A stretch of 64,000 bases of DNA, from positions 1 to 64,000 of the forward strand of contig JAAILG010000825.1 of NCBI GenBank assembly GCA_012026655.1. Reading direction: 5' to 3'. Below are positions 51,975 to 63,903 of this stretch, piece after piece. The stretch comes from Hydrolagus affinis. Lineage: Eukaryota. The notes beneath the pieces are model-generated. The model was given only the letters and a program-made list of their open reading frames with translations, did not search any database and was not told the DNA's origin. Positions within the stretch are counted from its first letter, which is position 1. Every line of letters begins with the position of its first letter. Made by a program: the position numbers and the translations under genes.

Positions 51975-52310
51975 TAAACAGAACATCGATGATCCCCAAA
52001 ATTAAAGTAATGAGCTATAAACAACGATTAGACAAGCCACGCCTCTTCAGTGAAGACAACTCAGAGGAGCCTTGAAAGTGGTGTACAAAAGTTTAAATAA
52101 AATTGAAAAAGTAAACCGAGATCAATTTGTTAGGATGAATTCAAGACAGTGGAATGAGAGGATAGAGGCTTAGGGCAATTTCAGGAGAGATACCGTAAGT
52201 GATCAATGACTGGAACAGGTTTAGAGGTCAGCAACAAATCAGGACTGTAGGGTTGGATGTTCTGGAGAAATTAGATTGGATGGACCTAAGGGCCTTTTTC
52301 ATCCAAATCA
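51975..52310 (+). mobile_element. CR1 LINE ORF2 C-terminus and 3'UTR (old)
   Basis: MIPKIKVMSYKQRLDKPRLFS, then (frameshifted) LRGALKVVYKSLNKIEKVN, a degenerate form of the CR1 motif LSYEERLxxLGLFSLxxRRLRGDLIEVYK. Confidence 0.75.
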
Positions 52311-52649
52311 ATCTGGTGTCATACATCTTAGTGAGATAGATGATGGTATATTTTCTCACCAATAAATTGGTGAAGAGCGTTCAACAATTTCCATAACTTT
52401 CTAATGGCAAAACTGTGCAATATACTGGTATACCAACTAGAATTAATTGGGTTTACAAAACGCAAATTTGTTATTGAGTATTAAGATAATGTAATAGCTT
52501 CAAATTAACACTATACCAATTTAATGTGTGCCTTGCATTCAAAATACGTAATATACCATTTACAATCTTTATAGATTTTTTAAGCATAAATGTGCTCTTG
52601 CTGAATATGTAATGGACACAAAAGTGAATTATTACAAATATTACAGTTT

Positions 52650-52740
52650 AGACTGGCTCAGTTCATAGATTTCTCACCTCTGGGTCATAAGGTTGTGGGT
52701 TCAAGCTCTACTTAAGAACTTTAACTATAAAACTACTAGA
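52650..52740 (+). mobile_element. Deu-SINE tRNA-like head fragment
   Basis: tggctcagttcatag...ctcacctctgggtcataaggttgtgggttcaagc. Confidence 0.6.
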
Positions 52741-53037
52741 ATCTGCATTATTAGTCTGCATCTTACATGGCACCCATCTATTTTGCCAGGGTATAGAAAG
52801 GGTACGTAGGTACACAAAAGGCATCTGATAGCCATGTGACTGAGAGGCATGAGTGCTTCCAACTGAGCCAGACCCAGTGTTTGATAATAAAACTATAGGA
52901 ATGACAGGACAACCAAATTAAACCTAAGTCAAATGTAAGTGCAAAATAAAAAGAGCTGAAACAAATACAAGAGAGGCAGCGGTAGCTGTGACAAACCAGC
53001 AATGTTCCTACTTTGGGAATTAAAACACAAAGAAGCC

Positions 53038-53157
53038 TTTCGCCCACAAAAATATACAATCAATTCACTTTAGAGTATATTCTGTGAAGCACTTTGAGAT
53101 GTCTAGAAGATGTGAAAAGCGCTATATCAAATGCAAGTATCATTATTATTATTATTA
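53038..53157 (+). mobile_element. tRNA-SINE 3' tail
   Basis: tttcgcccacaaaaatatac...gtgaaaagcgctatatcaaatgcaag. Confidence 0.85.
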
Positions 53158-53369
53158 ATTAAATAGAAGCAGGGTTTCGTTGGGAGTGAGTTGGCTCCAT
53201 AATGTTGCACCTTGCAAAGGAAGATTGCAGTCTTGGTAGTCTGGAATTTAGTCAGACAGATCTGCAACAATCCAGGACACTTTTGATAATGGAACAGCTA
53301 GCTTAACTCATTAGCAGGAATTGGAGAAGCGCATCAGTCACTAAGGCTGGGTTTCTTCCCACTTGGCTC

Positions 53370-53740
53370 TGGATGAACAAAGCTGAGGGTTCAACAAAAT
53401 GCCGAGACCGTTCACTGGCACCATGAGCTGAAGTGAGCAGCTGGGAGGTTGATACAAGCCAGAAAGGAGATGCTGGTAGGAGGAAAAAGCCAGATGGCTT
53501 CAGTTTAGTTGACATTCAGTTTTTTTGGAAGTAAAGGTTTGTTAGCTTCTGATCCAGGAGCAACTGAAATAATAGGAAGTAATAGAAAAGGACAAGATGA
53601 TGCAGAAGTATGGGAAGTCAGTCAGGCCTGGAATGGTCCTGGAGTCAAGGATGGAGTAAGAGAGATAGAGTTGGGAGTTATCCTCATATGTGAAAATGGA
53701 CACCGCCCATTCAGATGATGTCACAGAAGTATGTCTTCTA
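53370..53740 (-). mobile_element. Old L2 RT fragment
   Basis: Minus strand TYEDNSQLYLS is a decayed YADDTQLYLS, followed by a KLNVN.TE-like motif. Confidence 0.6.
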
Positions 53741-54529
53741 CACCACTTTTCTACTGTTTGTGAAGTCCTGGACCAAACAGTGAGGTGGATTTGCAGCAAA
53801 CAGAGGAAATGGCTACAGGGAGAGAGGTATGCACTGTATCTCAGCTAGCCTGTCACAAGCTATCCTGTAAAAGGACCTCCCATGTGTTGAATAGTTGATG
53901 AGAATATTTTCAGATTTGAGACCATGGCTGCTGGAAGGCATTACCTGAGGTACAGATTTGCTTTGCAGAGCACCCCGACTGTACCAGTTGTCCAAGCAGA
54001 AAATCCAGGAACCCAGACGTGGAAGTACCTATTGCATTACACACATTTCAGCAACCCCACATTAACATTGTGAAGATGCAGCGACTGGCAATCACTTCAT
54101 GCTATCACTGAAGATTGTCAAGTAGTGTGTGCTGCTGTTCATAACTGTGCATTTTATTCCTCATATTCTTATGACCCATACTTTGTGTGATATGGCTTGG
54201 CCTGATATTGTTGGTTTAATTTTAGTTTCTGTATGAAATATATCTTAACAGTGGTGTTTTTTGAAGAAGGTCAGGTCTGCCTGGTCCTCCTGTTATACCC
54301 TCACACTGTTTTTCTTTTAAAGTATTGTTCTTATTTTCTTAATGTACAATATTTTTTGTTCGTTTGCAAAGAATATTATACCTTGATCTCTGCAAAGGAA
54401 AATGATTCAGGACTTTCATGGTTCTAATATACTTTTCACCAAAGCTTCTGTAAGATCTGCAGGATTATGCAGGGGCAATATTGGCTTTCATCTGGAATTC
54501 TGCCTTACTTATTCCATCTTACCATGGAG

Positions 54530-54875
54530 AATTGAAATTACACTTCTGTAGCACCTTTCATGTGAGGAGGACGTCCCAAGTCATGAAGAGGAGAGTCTTG
54601 AGGCGGGACTCGAAGGAGGCCAGGGAGGGGGTGAGGTGGAGAGACTGCGGGATGGAGTTCGAGAGGTTGGGGATAAAATGGCTGAAGTCTCGCCCGCCAA
54701 TGGTAAGGCGGGTGGGTCGGGGGACGTGGAGCTGGTCGGAGCCTGCTGAGCGGAGGGAGCGGGCAGGTTGGTAGGGGGTTAGCAGATCGCAGATATAGGG
54801 CAAGGCGAGGCTGTGGAGAGCTTTGAATGTGAGGGCCAGGATATTGAATTGGATCCTCTGTGTAGTGGGGAGCCA
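54530..54875 (-). mobile_element. L2 LINE 3' end
   Basis: PYICDLLTPYQPARSLRSAGS...GGRDFSHFIPNLSNSIPQSL...SFESRLKTLLF. Confidence 0.9.
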
Positions 54876-54934
54876 CTGATTTTGTTTTTAATTTTCGGGG
54901 TAGTATCCCGCAACATTTCATAGTGGCTGAGTCT

Positions 54935-55400
54935 GTCAGCAAGCCTGAGCCTGAGCCAGGTGATGTGGAGAGGGAGGTTACCATGAGCACGATCAAAAAG
55001 TAAGTTCTTTAGGCAGGATTTGAAGGTGGGGAGGAACCAGGCAGAGGGATTGACATCCAGAGTTTTGGGGCGTAGTGGCTGAAGGCACCGATGGCAGAAC
55101 GGAGGACGCAAGAGACAAACAGGAGCCTGGAGCCAACTGAGCAAAGGCAGCGCTTGGTGAGGGGGTGGGGGCTTGTAAGCAAGTCAGATAGATAGGGAGG
55201 TGTGAGGGAATTAAGTGATTTGAAAACGAGTGAGATGATCTTGAAGACAATCCAGTTTGTGATTGGAAGCCAGTGGAGCCTGGCTAGGGCTGGTTTGATG
55301 CAGGTATGGAGTTTCCTGCGGGTGAATATCCGGGCAGCAGAGTTTTTAATTCATTGAATTTTCTGCACAGAGACCAGCAAGGAGAGCATTAGACTAGTCC
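54935..55400 (-). mobile_element. Older L2 LINE 3' fragment
   Basis: ttgaagacaatcc...ggaagccagtggag...gggcagcagagttt is the reverse of the QNSAAR...LHWLP...FKI region. Confidence 0.75.
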
Positions 55401-56859
55401 AGTCCATAGGGAGCCATCCATATGAGGACCGCTTCTGTTCATTATGTATACAGATGATTCGGCCTTTGGGAAAGGAAGTGTAGTACTGAAGTTCACAGAT
55501 GAGGAGCATTCCATCCAAGTTCCTCTCTGCCCTTTACACAGCTAACTTGCCCTACACCAGCTGTCACACACTAGCCAACATGAAGAAATGTACAGGATCA
55601 ATTAATATGCTCCTCCCGAAGAAAGTTCCTGGACTCACCTCGTGGATTTTCTCCCCAGCAACAAAACTGAAAATTCAACAACGAGTTTCAATCACTCCCT
55701 GTGATTATCCTGCACAATGGCTGTCCAACATGCTGCTTCAGCATACATTCAGGCCAAAGCAAATGAATGTCTTAATTTCGCAATGAGATAGCATCTCATT
55801 TGTGCTTGAAACCAATCGAGACCACTATAATGGATAAAAGGTAACAATGGGTAACTGTAAGTCCATTTTACTCAAACTGTCTGCTTTGTTTTGTTGGAAC
55901 TAAAATGTGGTATTCTGCAGCATGAACATGTTCAAATCTTTGCCAGCCATGAGCTATTATGATCACCCATAATTGACTGATTTTCTTCAAACTGCAGTTG
56001 GCAATCTGAACAGTGTATCATTTTCAAACTCCAAATTATTTGCAATCATCATGTCATCAGAAATAAATGGAAGAGTGAAGATTGTTGGAAGAATTGATTC
56101 AGGTTGAGTCCTCCAACAGTCTATATTGGCCAGTTTCCAAATAGTTTCTTATAGTAAAACCTTACCCAATGGAGACAGATTAACTTTAAACTGGAATTGA
56201 TTCAGCATGAATAATTCATGAAACATATATAATATACTCCAGGGGGCAAACCTGACTGTCAAACAGCAATAGAAACAACTTTTATTTGTATTTAAATTTT
56301 AAGAAGGTTTCGCTTTTTCACTTAATTACGTTTAATGGACTGAGATGGATTCTTCAGTGTTATTTTGTTCCAGTACTTATTTAGGTCAATTTCAACTTTA
56401 CTGGTTAGGTTTTTAGGATAAACATCCAGAGCAAACTAGGCTTCAAGAATTAAATTTTTGAGGCATTTCATATTGTTGAATTTGTTTGAAATGGGTACGT
56501 CAGATATGAATGCTGCTGCTAACAATAAAAAATAGCCTACTCACAAGCAACAAACCAACTAAACGTGAGTAAATTTCCTATCATCTTGTTGGTACCGTTT
56601 CCAGAATGACAATCTATAAAATTGTTGATTTGCAGAAAGCCTTTCACTAAGTCTGCGATTGCTGTACGCAGGTATTCTGATCTACGTATCAACTTAAAAA
56701 TTATCAATTAAATTTAATGACTAAAAAATTAAACACAGAACCACAGTGAGTTTATAATAGCATAAACAGAGGCCAAAGGATTTATGTTTTTGTGCTTATG
56801 CTCGATCTCTCACCAGATCCAACTACTGCCACTCCTCTACACTTTCACCATACAACATA

Positions 56860-57075
56860 CAAGCGAGCTGTTCGAATCTGGAATCCATTGCCTGAAAGGG
56901 TGTGGAGGCCGATTCAATAACAACTTTTACTTTTACTCTCTCCCCATAAACCCCCTTTTGCGGGGTTATGGGGAGAGAGCCAGGGTGTGGGATTGACTTT
57001 GGATAGCTCTTTTCAAAGAGCCGCACAGACTCGATGGGCCAAATGGCCTCCTTTTGTGCTGAAAAGTTCTATGAA
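56860..57075 (+). mobile_element. CR1 LINE 3' end
   Basis: ctggaatccattgcctgaaagggtgtggaggc...ggggttatggggagagagc...gcacagactcgatgggccaaatggcctcc...ttctatga. Confidence 0.8.
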
Positions 57076-57162
57076 CTTAAGTTTTTCCTCATGTGATCTT
57101 CCATGTTGAATCAGAAACCATGATAATATGTCAACAATGCTTAATACTACTTGATTTGTACA

Positions 57163-57470
57163 TTAGTCTGGCTCAGTTAGCAGCACTCCTATGATTCAAA
57201 AGTTTATGGTTTAAGATCCATGTAGGGACACTGAACTCAGGATCTAGGCAGAAACTGCAATGTAGTACCAGGGAATACTATTGTAGGTGTTGTCTTTTCT
57301 CAAGGTAAACATCTGCCTGTTGATGTGGGTGTTAATAATCCCATAAAGCTACTCAAAGGAATTCACCCTGTTGTCCTGATCAACAATCCCCCGAACCCCT
57401 AAAGAAACTAGTCATTCAAATCATGGTTGGTTGTGGACACGGCTGTGGCTGCCATGTCGATCTACAAAAT
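57163..57470 (+). mobile_element. Near full-length, decayed Deu-domain SINE
   Basis: tggctcagttagcagcactc...atctaggc...gtagtaccagggaatac...gtaggtgttgtcttt...atctgcctg...aatcccat...gtcctgatcaac...ggctgccatg, collinear with the remembered SacSINE1 layout. Confidence 0.65.
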
Positions 57471-57560
57471 GCATAATCCAAGTACAACACATTTTTAATT
57501 ATCCATTCATGTTTAGTACATTAATTTGCCACATGCCACGCCTAGACATAGCAGTATTTT

Positions 57561-57903
57561 TGGAGTGCTGTCTCAGTGGTTAGATCACCCATCTCGCAAG
57601 TGAGAGAACTAGGTTAGATTCCTGGCAGGGCAAAACGTTGGGCAAGTTTCCTTACTCCACTGCCTCTGTTTACCTAGCAGTAAGTAGGAACCTGGCTGCT
57701 AGTCAATTGGTGGATTGCTTTTCCTGGGATAATAATTCCTTAAAAAAAAATTGGTCACTCAATCCACAGCTGTGCGTAATTGGTTGCCGCGTTTGACCCA
57801 CAAAATATAAGCCAATTCACTTCAAAGTATATTCTATGAAGCATTTTGAGACGTTTCAAAGATGCGATAGGTCACTGTGTCAAATGCGAGGATTATTATT
57901 ATT
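57561..57903 (+). mobile_element. tRNA-derived SINE, long-core subfamily, full length
   Basis: Head, then ttgggcaagtttccttactccactgcctctgtttacctagcagtaagtaggaacctgg...cctgggataataatt, then tail. Confidence 0.9.
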
Positions 57904-58419
57904 TTAAGATGTACTTTGATACTTTGAAATACTTTATTGATTTTGCTTAAGATTAATTAAATAAAATACGTATGGAACAAATACTTACAAATTTGCTACT
58001 TTAAGTGAAATTTATAGAACTCACGATGGAAGAATATCATCTTGGGAAACCAGCCAAACATTCATTAGAGATAAATGACATATGAAGCAAAATGATTCCA
58101 TATCAAAACACTATCAAAGAAACCAGATATATTAACCCACTGAACCAGCCGAGAGGTTACTCCTTTTTATGCTGTCTATTACTTCTCACACTAAGTTCAT
58201 TTACCACATGGATAAAATCTGCGTGCAACTGCTTTTAAGTAATACACGCACACATACAAACCTATATCCTGAAAATCCTTTATATACGTGCACAAAACAA
58301 GTTATAGCCGCCAAACCAATACTGACTGTAAAAACTAGAGCATTTACTCTGCCAGGGACTCCACAAACCTTGGCAAGATATCTTTAGGTTCTGCAGGTTT
58401 CATACCTATACCACCAATA

Positions 58420-58610
58420 ATTTGGTAACTCAATCCACTGCTGTTTATAGGACAATTGTTTGCCACATTTTTCTGGATTTTTCTCTGCGCAATTTTCTGC
58501 CACATTTTTCCCATAAATTACAGCCAATCTACTTCACAGTACATTCTGTGAAGAGCTTTGAGACATCTCAAAAACCTGATAAGAGGTTATATCAAATGCA
58601 AGGATTATTA
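58420..58610 (+). mobile_element. tRNA-SINE 3' part
   Basis: ttggtaactcaatccac...cttcacagtacattctgtgaagagctttgagac...tatcaaatgcaaggattatt. Confidence 0.75.
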
Positions 58611-59177
58611 TACTGTTTTAATGATGGGATAAGCAACGATACCAAATCCAAGGATTACGACATTACAAACTTTTTTAAAAACAGCCTTAAACTGCATATC
58701 TTTCAAACAGACTTCAAATAGAGTGCAGCCTCAATATATGGCACTGGTAGGCCATATAAAATCCAAGCCTATGCTATAGTCTGCACTGCCAGTCAATTCT
58801 CTCACTGCTTATCATCTGCCTCCTGAGCTAAAAGCCATAAGGTCACTGTCAATGTCATTTCCGGTGTGTTGGATGTGCATAAAGCAGGAAGTGATGTTGG
58901 TAGTGACCTGCTGACCCAGAAGTTGGCTATTTTAGCACAAAGCACATGGAAAACAAACAGGCCAGCTACGCAATGAGCAATGTCCACAATACGACTGCAT
59001 TATAAATGAATTTGAGCTCCAGTGTAGTGTGGAGAAGGTACACTGTATCCTGAAGAATACAAAGAACACGCAGTGATAGGTTGAAGCTCCTTGAAGCTCC
59101 TTGACAGTCCTAAGCCATTGCTGCAGGAATCCAAGCCGCCCCAAAGTAGTACACTATTATTATTAATATTATTACTA

Positions 59178-59743
59178 CAGTAAAAGTCTGTTTATCTGTG
59201 ACCCGATCAACCGTAACTTCCATATAACCGGCACCTCAAAAAGAAAGGTCCCCATTTGATTAACCGGAACTTATCCGGCACAAGAGGGGGGGAAAGAGAA
59301 AGGAGTGGGAGTGGGAGAGAGAGGTGAGGTGGGGGAGAGGAGGGGAGAGAGAGAGAGGCTGAGTTGATTAATTCAGATGGAAAATGAGAGGAGTGGAGGG
59401 GGGTTGGGTGTGAAGCCATTGAGATGCCAGACTGGCTGAGTGTGTGTGTGTGTGAAAAAGAGAGAGCAAGGAAAGGAGGGAGAGAAAGAAAGGAAAAAAC
59501 AAGCGTACCCCTTTGATTGTGTGCTGTGTTTATAGACTGTAATCGATATTTATTGCTTTATTGGTAAGTATCTATACAATATTCTGTTATTATTTTGTTC
59601 ATTATTAATATGTTAAGTTTAAAAAAAGTAATTAAATTTTTTCAAGTAAATTTTTTGTGTGTATTTGGCTGCCCAAATATCCGGGATGCGGTTTAACCGG
59701 CATTGGCCAAGTCCCAAGATACCGGATAAATGGGCTTCTACTG
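59178..59743. mobile_element. pogo/Tigger-type MITE (cagtaaaagc family), 566 bp
   Basis: TIRs cagtaaaagtctgtttatc and ccggataaatgggcttctactg with TA on both sides; GA-rich low-complexity interior. Confidence 0.85.
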
Positions 59744-59907
59744 TATTACATTGCCATGTGGGGGAAGAGGGTGGAAGTTACGAGATGGCGAAAATCTTGA
59801 ACGCATCATCCTTCACAAGAAATACTTCTTTGCAAAATCTATACTTACTGCATTACCATCAAGTATTTGCAGAATATGCAGTTTGATTATCCATTTTCAT
59901 ACTTAAG

Positions 59908-60330
59908 TAACAACAACAAAATGTAAAGCGCCTTTCACGTCAAGAGGATGTCCCAAGGCACTGGACTGTCAATGTTTCAGACCCAAACTAAGGTCGGGGA
60001 CGTGGAGGGAAAGTGGGGGTTTGGTGTGTTGAAGAGGAGGGTCTTGAGGCGGGACTTGAAGGAGGCTGGGGAGGAGGCGAGGCGGAGGAACTGCGGGATG
60101 AAATACCAGAGGTTAGGGGGCAGACTGGCTGAAGGCTCACTCAATGGTGAGGTAGGTGGATCGGGGGATATGGAGCAGGCTAGAGCTTGCTGAGCGGAGG
60201 GGTTGGCAGGTTGGTAGAGGGTTAGGAGTTCGCAGAGGTAGGGTGGGGCGAGGCCATGGAGGGCTTTGAATGTGAGGACCAGGATCTTGAATTCAATCCT
60301 GTGGGTGATGGGGAGTCAATGGGAGTTGGA
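59908..60330 (-). mobile_element. L2 LINE 3' end
   Basis: caacaacaaaatgtaaagcgcctttcacgtcaagaggatgtcccaaggcact...aggatcttgaattcaatcc...gggagtcaatgg. Confidence 0.9.
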
Positions 60331-60999
60331 TCCTGGTGGCCACAGCATCTGTAACCTTATGCAAAAAAATAAAATATTTAAACTAAACACTGAAATTCCA
60401 CTATTGATAGTTAATATGAACTCATACTCACCATAAGTTATTTTTATTCTCATCAATCCTTGAGCCTTTGTTTACTTATAAAGGAATTCTTATTTATTCA
60501 GCTGGGCAAGGGCAATATACAATCAACCTCTGGCACACAACTGTGACCTTTAGTCTTGCAGTATATGAGCGTGTTTAATACAATCGGATTATTTTAAATG
60601 AACACTGTTAATTATTTAAACCAGGTTGATACAGTAGTTGTAACTTGATTTGCCTTTCCAATGCATTATGAATAATACTAAAATTACAGGTGTGGTCAAT
60701 TCTAGTGAAATTGGTTTCACTGGTTACTACCATTGGTTTCACTAGTTACTACAGAAAGTAAGAAGAATAGTCATTCTATGTAACTGGGTGAAAAATGAAG
60801 ATAGCCTGAGCAAAAAATACAGTTCTTACAATTTCAGGAACACCAAATATGCCCGAGCAGTAACAGAGATCAATTTAGACCAACGTATAAATTAAATACA
60901 GTACAATGAAAATAGAGCTTTACTAAAGAAACATGTTTCCCACTGGTAATGCAGTCTGTGACCATGAAAATACCATATAATTCTGGCTTTGTGCAATAG

Positions 61000-61263
61000 T
61001 GGAGTCCTGTATTTCAGTGGTTAGAGCACTTGCCTTACAAGCGAGAAACCTGGGTTCAATTCCAGGCAGGGCAAAACCTTGGGCAAGTTTCCTTACTCCA
61101 CGCACCTAATAATAATCCCTAAAAAAAAAGCAATAATAAATTGGTCATTTCAATCTGCGACTGTCTGTGGCACACTGTGGTGCGCAATTTGTTGCCGCGT
61201 TTTCATCCACAAATATACAGTCAATTCACTTTATAGTATGATCTGTGAAACACTTTGAGACAT
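61000..61263 (+). mobile_element. tRNA-derived SINE, short-core subfamily, 3'-truncated
   Basis: ggagtcctgtatttcagtggttagagcac through to ctttgagac. Confidence 0.9.
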
Positions 61264-61271
61264 TCAGAAAA

Positions 61272-61453
61272 CAATTGTACACAGCAGTGTCCCACAAACT
61301 GTCGTAGATTGAAGTGACCAATTTTTTTCTTCTTCAGGAATTCTTATTAGGCGTGCGTAGTAAGTAAACTTGCCCAAAGTTTCGCCCTGCCTGAATCTAA
61401 CTCAGGTCTCTCGCTCACAAGGCGTGTGCTCTAACCACTGAGCTACAGGACTC
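61272..61453 (-). mobile_element. tRNA-derived SINE, 3'-truncated, inverted against the previous copy
   Basis: caattgtacacagcagtgtcccacaaac...aaccactgagctacaggactc. Confidence 0.9.
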
Positions 61454-61649
61454 AGAGAGGAGATTATTCGGAGATTATGGGGAAGGCAGGGGAAATGAGA
61501 TTAAACATCTGTCTAACTAATAAATCTAACTAATAAAGTGACAGAACAATCTAAATAGACTGAAAGGGCCAATCTTGTTTTTGCATTACTACAGATCAAC
61601 CAGAACTCTGCAGTCCTTGTCCTTTCCCGCACAAGGCTCCGTAACCCTA

Positions 61650-62083
61650 TCACGCCTATCCTCGCCTGATTCCACTGGATTCCCATTCACAGAGAGGATA
61701 AAGTTCAAAAGCCCTCCATGGCTTCACTCCCCAGCACCTCTGCAACTTCATAAGCCCCTACCAATCCACCGGCTCCCTCTGTTCAGCAGGCTCCAGACTG
61801 CTTCATGTCCCCATCCTCACCTGCCCCACCATTGGTAGGTGGGCCTTCAGTCACTCTGCCCCACCCTCTGGAACTCCATCCTGCAGTATCATCCCATCAT
61901 CCCATCCCTTGTTTCCTTCAAGACTCATCTCAAGACCCTCCTTTCCGACCGTACCTTCGATCAACCTCCTTCCCCTGCTGTCCTCTACCTTTCCAATCCC
62001 GAACCCCAGCTAGGGTCCAAAATACTGTCTGTTCAGCACCGTGGGATGTGAAAGACGCTATATAGATGTAATTTTGTTGTTGT
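61650..62083 (+). mobile_element. L2 LINE 3' end
   Basis: tccactggattcccattcacagagaggataaagttcaa...ctctggaactccatcc...gtgaaagacgctatatagatgtaattttgttgttgt. Confidence 0.85.
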
Positions 62084-62130
62084 ACACACAAAATAATTAT
62101 TTTTGTGAACTTCATGCTCATCAAACATAT

Positions 62131-62407
62131 ATAATAATCCTTCATTTGATATAGCGTTTTTCATGAATATACTGAAAAGAATATACAGTGAAGTGAATTG
62201 ACTGTATATTTGTGGGAGAATTGTGGCAGCCAATTGCGCACAGCAGCGTCCCACAAACAGTCTTCGGTTGAAATGACCCATTTATTATTGTTGTTTTTCT
62301 TGAGGTATTATTATCAGGCGTATGGAGTAAGGAAACTTGTCCAAGGTTTCGCCCTGCCTGGAATCGAACCCAGGTCTCTCGCTTGTAAGGTGAATGCTCT
62401 AATCACT
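62131..62407 (-). mobile_element. tRNA-derived SINE, short-core subfamily
   Basis: Reverse consensus from the tail to ...gaatcgaacccaggtctctcgcttgtaaggtgaatgctctaatcact. Confidence 0.9.
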
Positions 62408-63578
62408 CACCTGTGTTATCAGATTGAGGATAACATTTGTTCTAAACTCTCCCATTGCTCTTCTAACAATGTTAACACCACCCACCAAAGACAAGTGACA
62501 ATTTTCTGCACCGGGCTAACTTCATGATTTCTTTGAATGAGACTGATAATATTGTGCCAAAAATATAAACGGCTTTAGGCAAGAGACTCATTCCAACTGT
62601 TTTACAGCTGCCTAAACACACTTCACTTCACACTTTCAAAGGTGTCAGTAAGAAGACTTGTTTTTATCAGTTCATGTTGGATTTAATCCCAGAAGTGAAA
62701 GGAGCGAGATTCCTTGAGAAACTGTTTGAAATGGCAATGAACGAGTTAAGAACCGTTACATAAATCACAAGCTGCAGATGTTACAAATCACTCAGAGCCT
62801 ACATATGCAGTTTATGACATCATTTCAACTTGGGTTTAATTGCCTTGTAACTCCCTTGTAGCCATGTATTACTGTAGAACAATTCCAATCTTATCTAAAC
62901 ACAGGAAGCAAGTCATCAGCTCATTTATGTTAGTTACTGGTAAACTCAGGAGCTAATTCATCTAACATTTTTCCTATTAACGCAATAGAAATCTCCTTGT
63001 AAACTACCATGAAATTGCAATTTCTCATTCACCCTTGCATCCAGCTGTTGCCCGGTTGGACACCCATGACCTACTTGTCTCTGTAAATAAACTGCGACAT
63101 CTGCCCAGCAGGCAAACATAAAGGTCATTTTCACCCCCATTACATTCCTACTTTTGACCATTCGTCAACCTTGCTGTGACCTCGGCAGCAGATACAACAG
63201 TGGCCTTTCAAATATTTAGTCTTGTTGCCTATCTTAATGTCCCATCTATCAACGGCCTAAAAGGTTCACTAATCAGACACAAACAAATGAACGTCTACAG
63301 TATTAACCAATAAATCAACCCTGACCACAGTCACCAAAGTATTTCTGAATAGCTTTAAACTTGCCCAATAATAACGTGGAATAATGGCGGCTACATAATA
63401 CTATGGGAGGTACAGTGTTGTCTTGCAAAACTTGATAGTTGGTGTCCATGAAATCCCACCTCACCTTATATTGAGACTGCACAAATAAATGGCTAACTTC
63501 TACCTCATCAGGTTGCCACCATAGTCACTCCCCGTGTCCTGCACATGCACAAAACAGGAAGTAATGTAAGTAGCGTTG

Positions 63579-63903
63579 TGGAGCTCCTGTACCTCAGTGG
63601 TTAAATCATTTGCCTTACAAGCGTTAGAACTGTGTTCGAATCTAGGTAGATCAGGGCGAAACCTTGGGCAAGTTTCCCTATTCCACACGCCTAATAATAA
63701 TCCGTCCAAAAAAAGCCCAATAATAAAATTGGTCATTTCAATCCATGACTGTTTGTGGGACACTGCTGTGCGCAATTGGTTGCCACGTTTCACCCACAAA
63801 CATACAGTCAATTCACTTTACTGTATATTCTGTGAAGTGCTTTGAGACATCGATAAGATGTGAAAAGCGCTACATCAAATGCAAGGATTATTATTATTAT
63901 TAT
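63579..63903 (+). mobile_element. tRNA-derived SINE, full length, insertion-bearing subfamily
   Basis: ggagctcctgtacctcagtggtt...gttcgaatctaggtagatcagggcgaaaccttgggcaag...caaggatt(att)n. Confidence 0.92.

Noticed and set aside
60432-60501. Minus-strand AG...gtgagt exon-like cassette
   Set aside because: Stops in all three frames right after the acceptor; no support as a coding exon.
61001-61075. tRNA-Val(TAC)-like cloverleaf (also at about 1079, 30093 and 63580)
   Set aside because: Each continues directly into the SINE body and carries copy-specific mutations. These are SINE heads, not tRNA genes.
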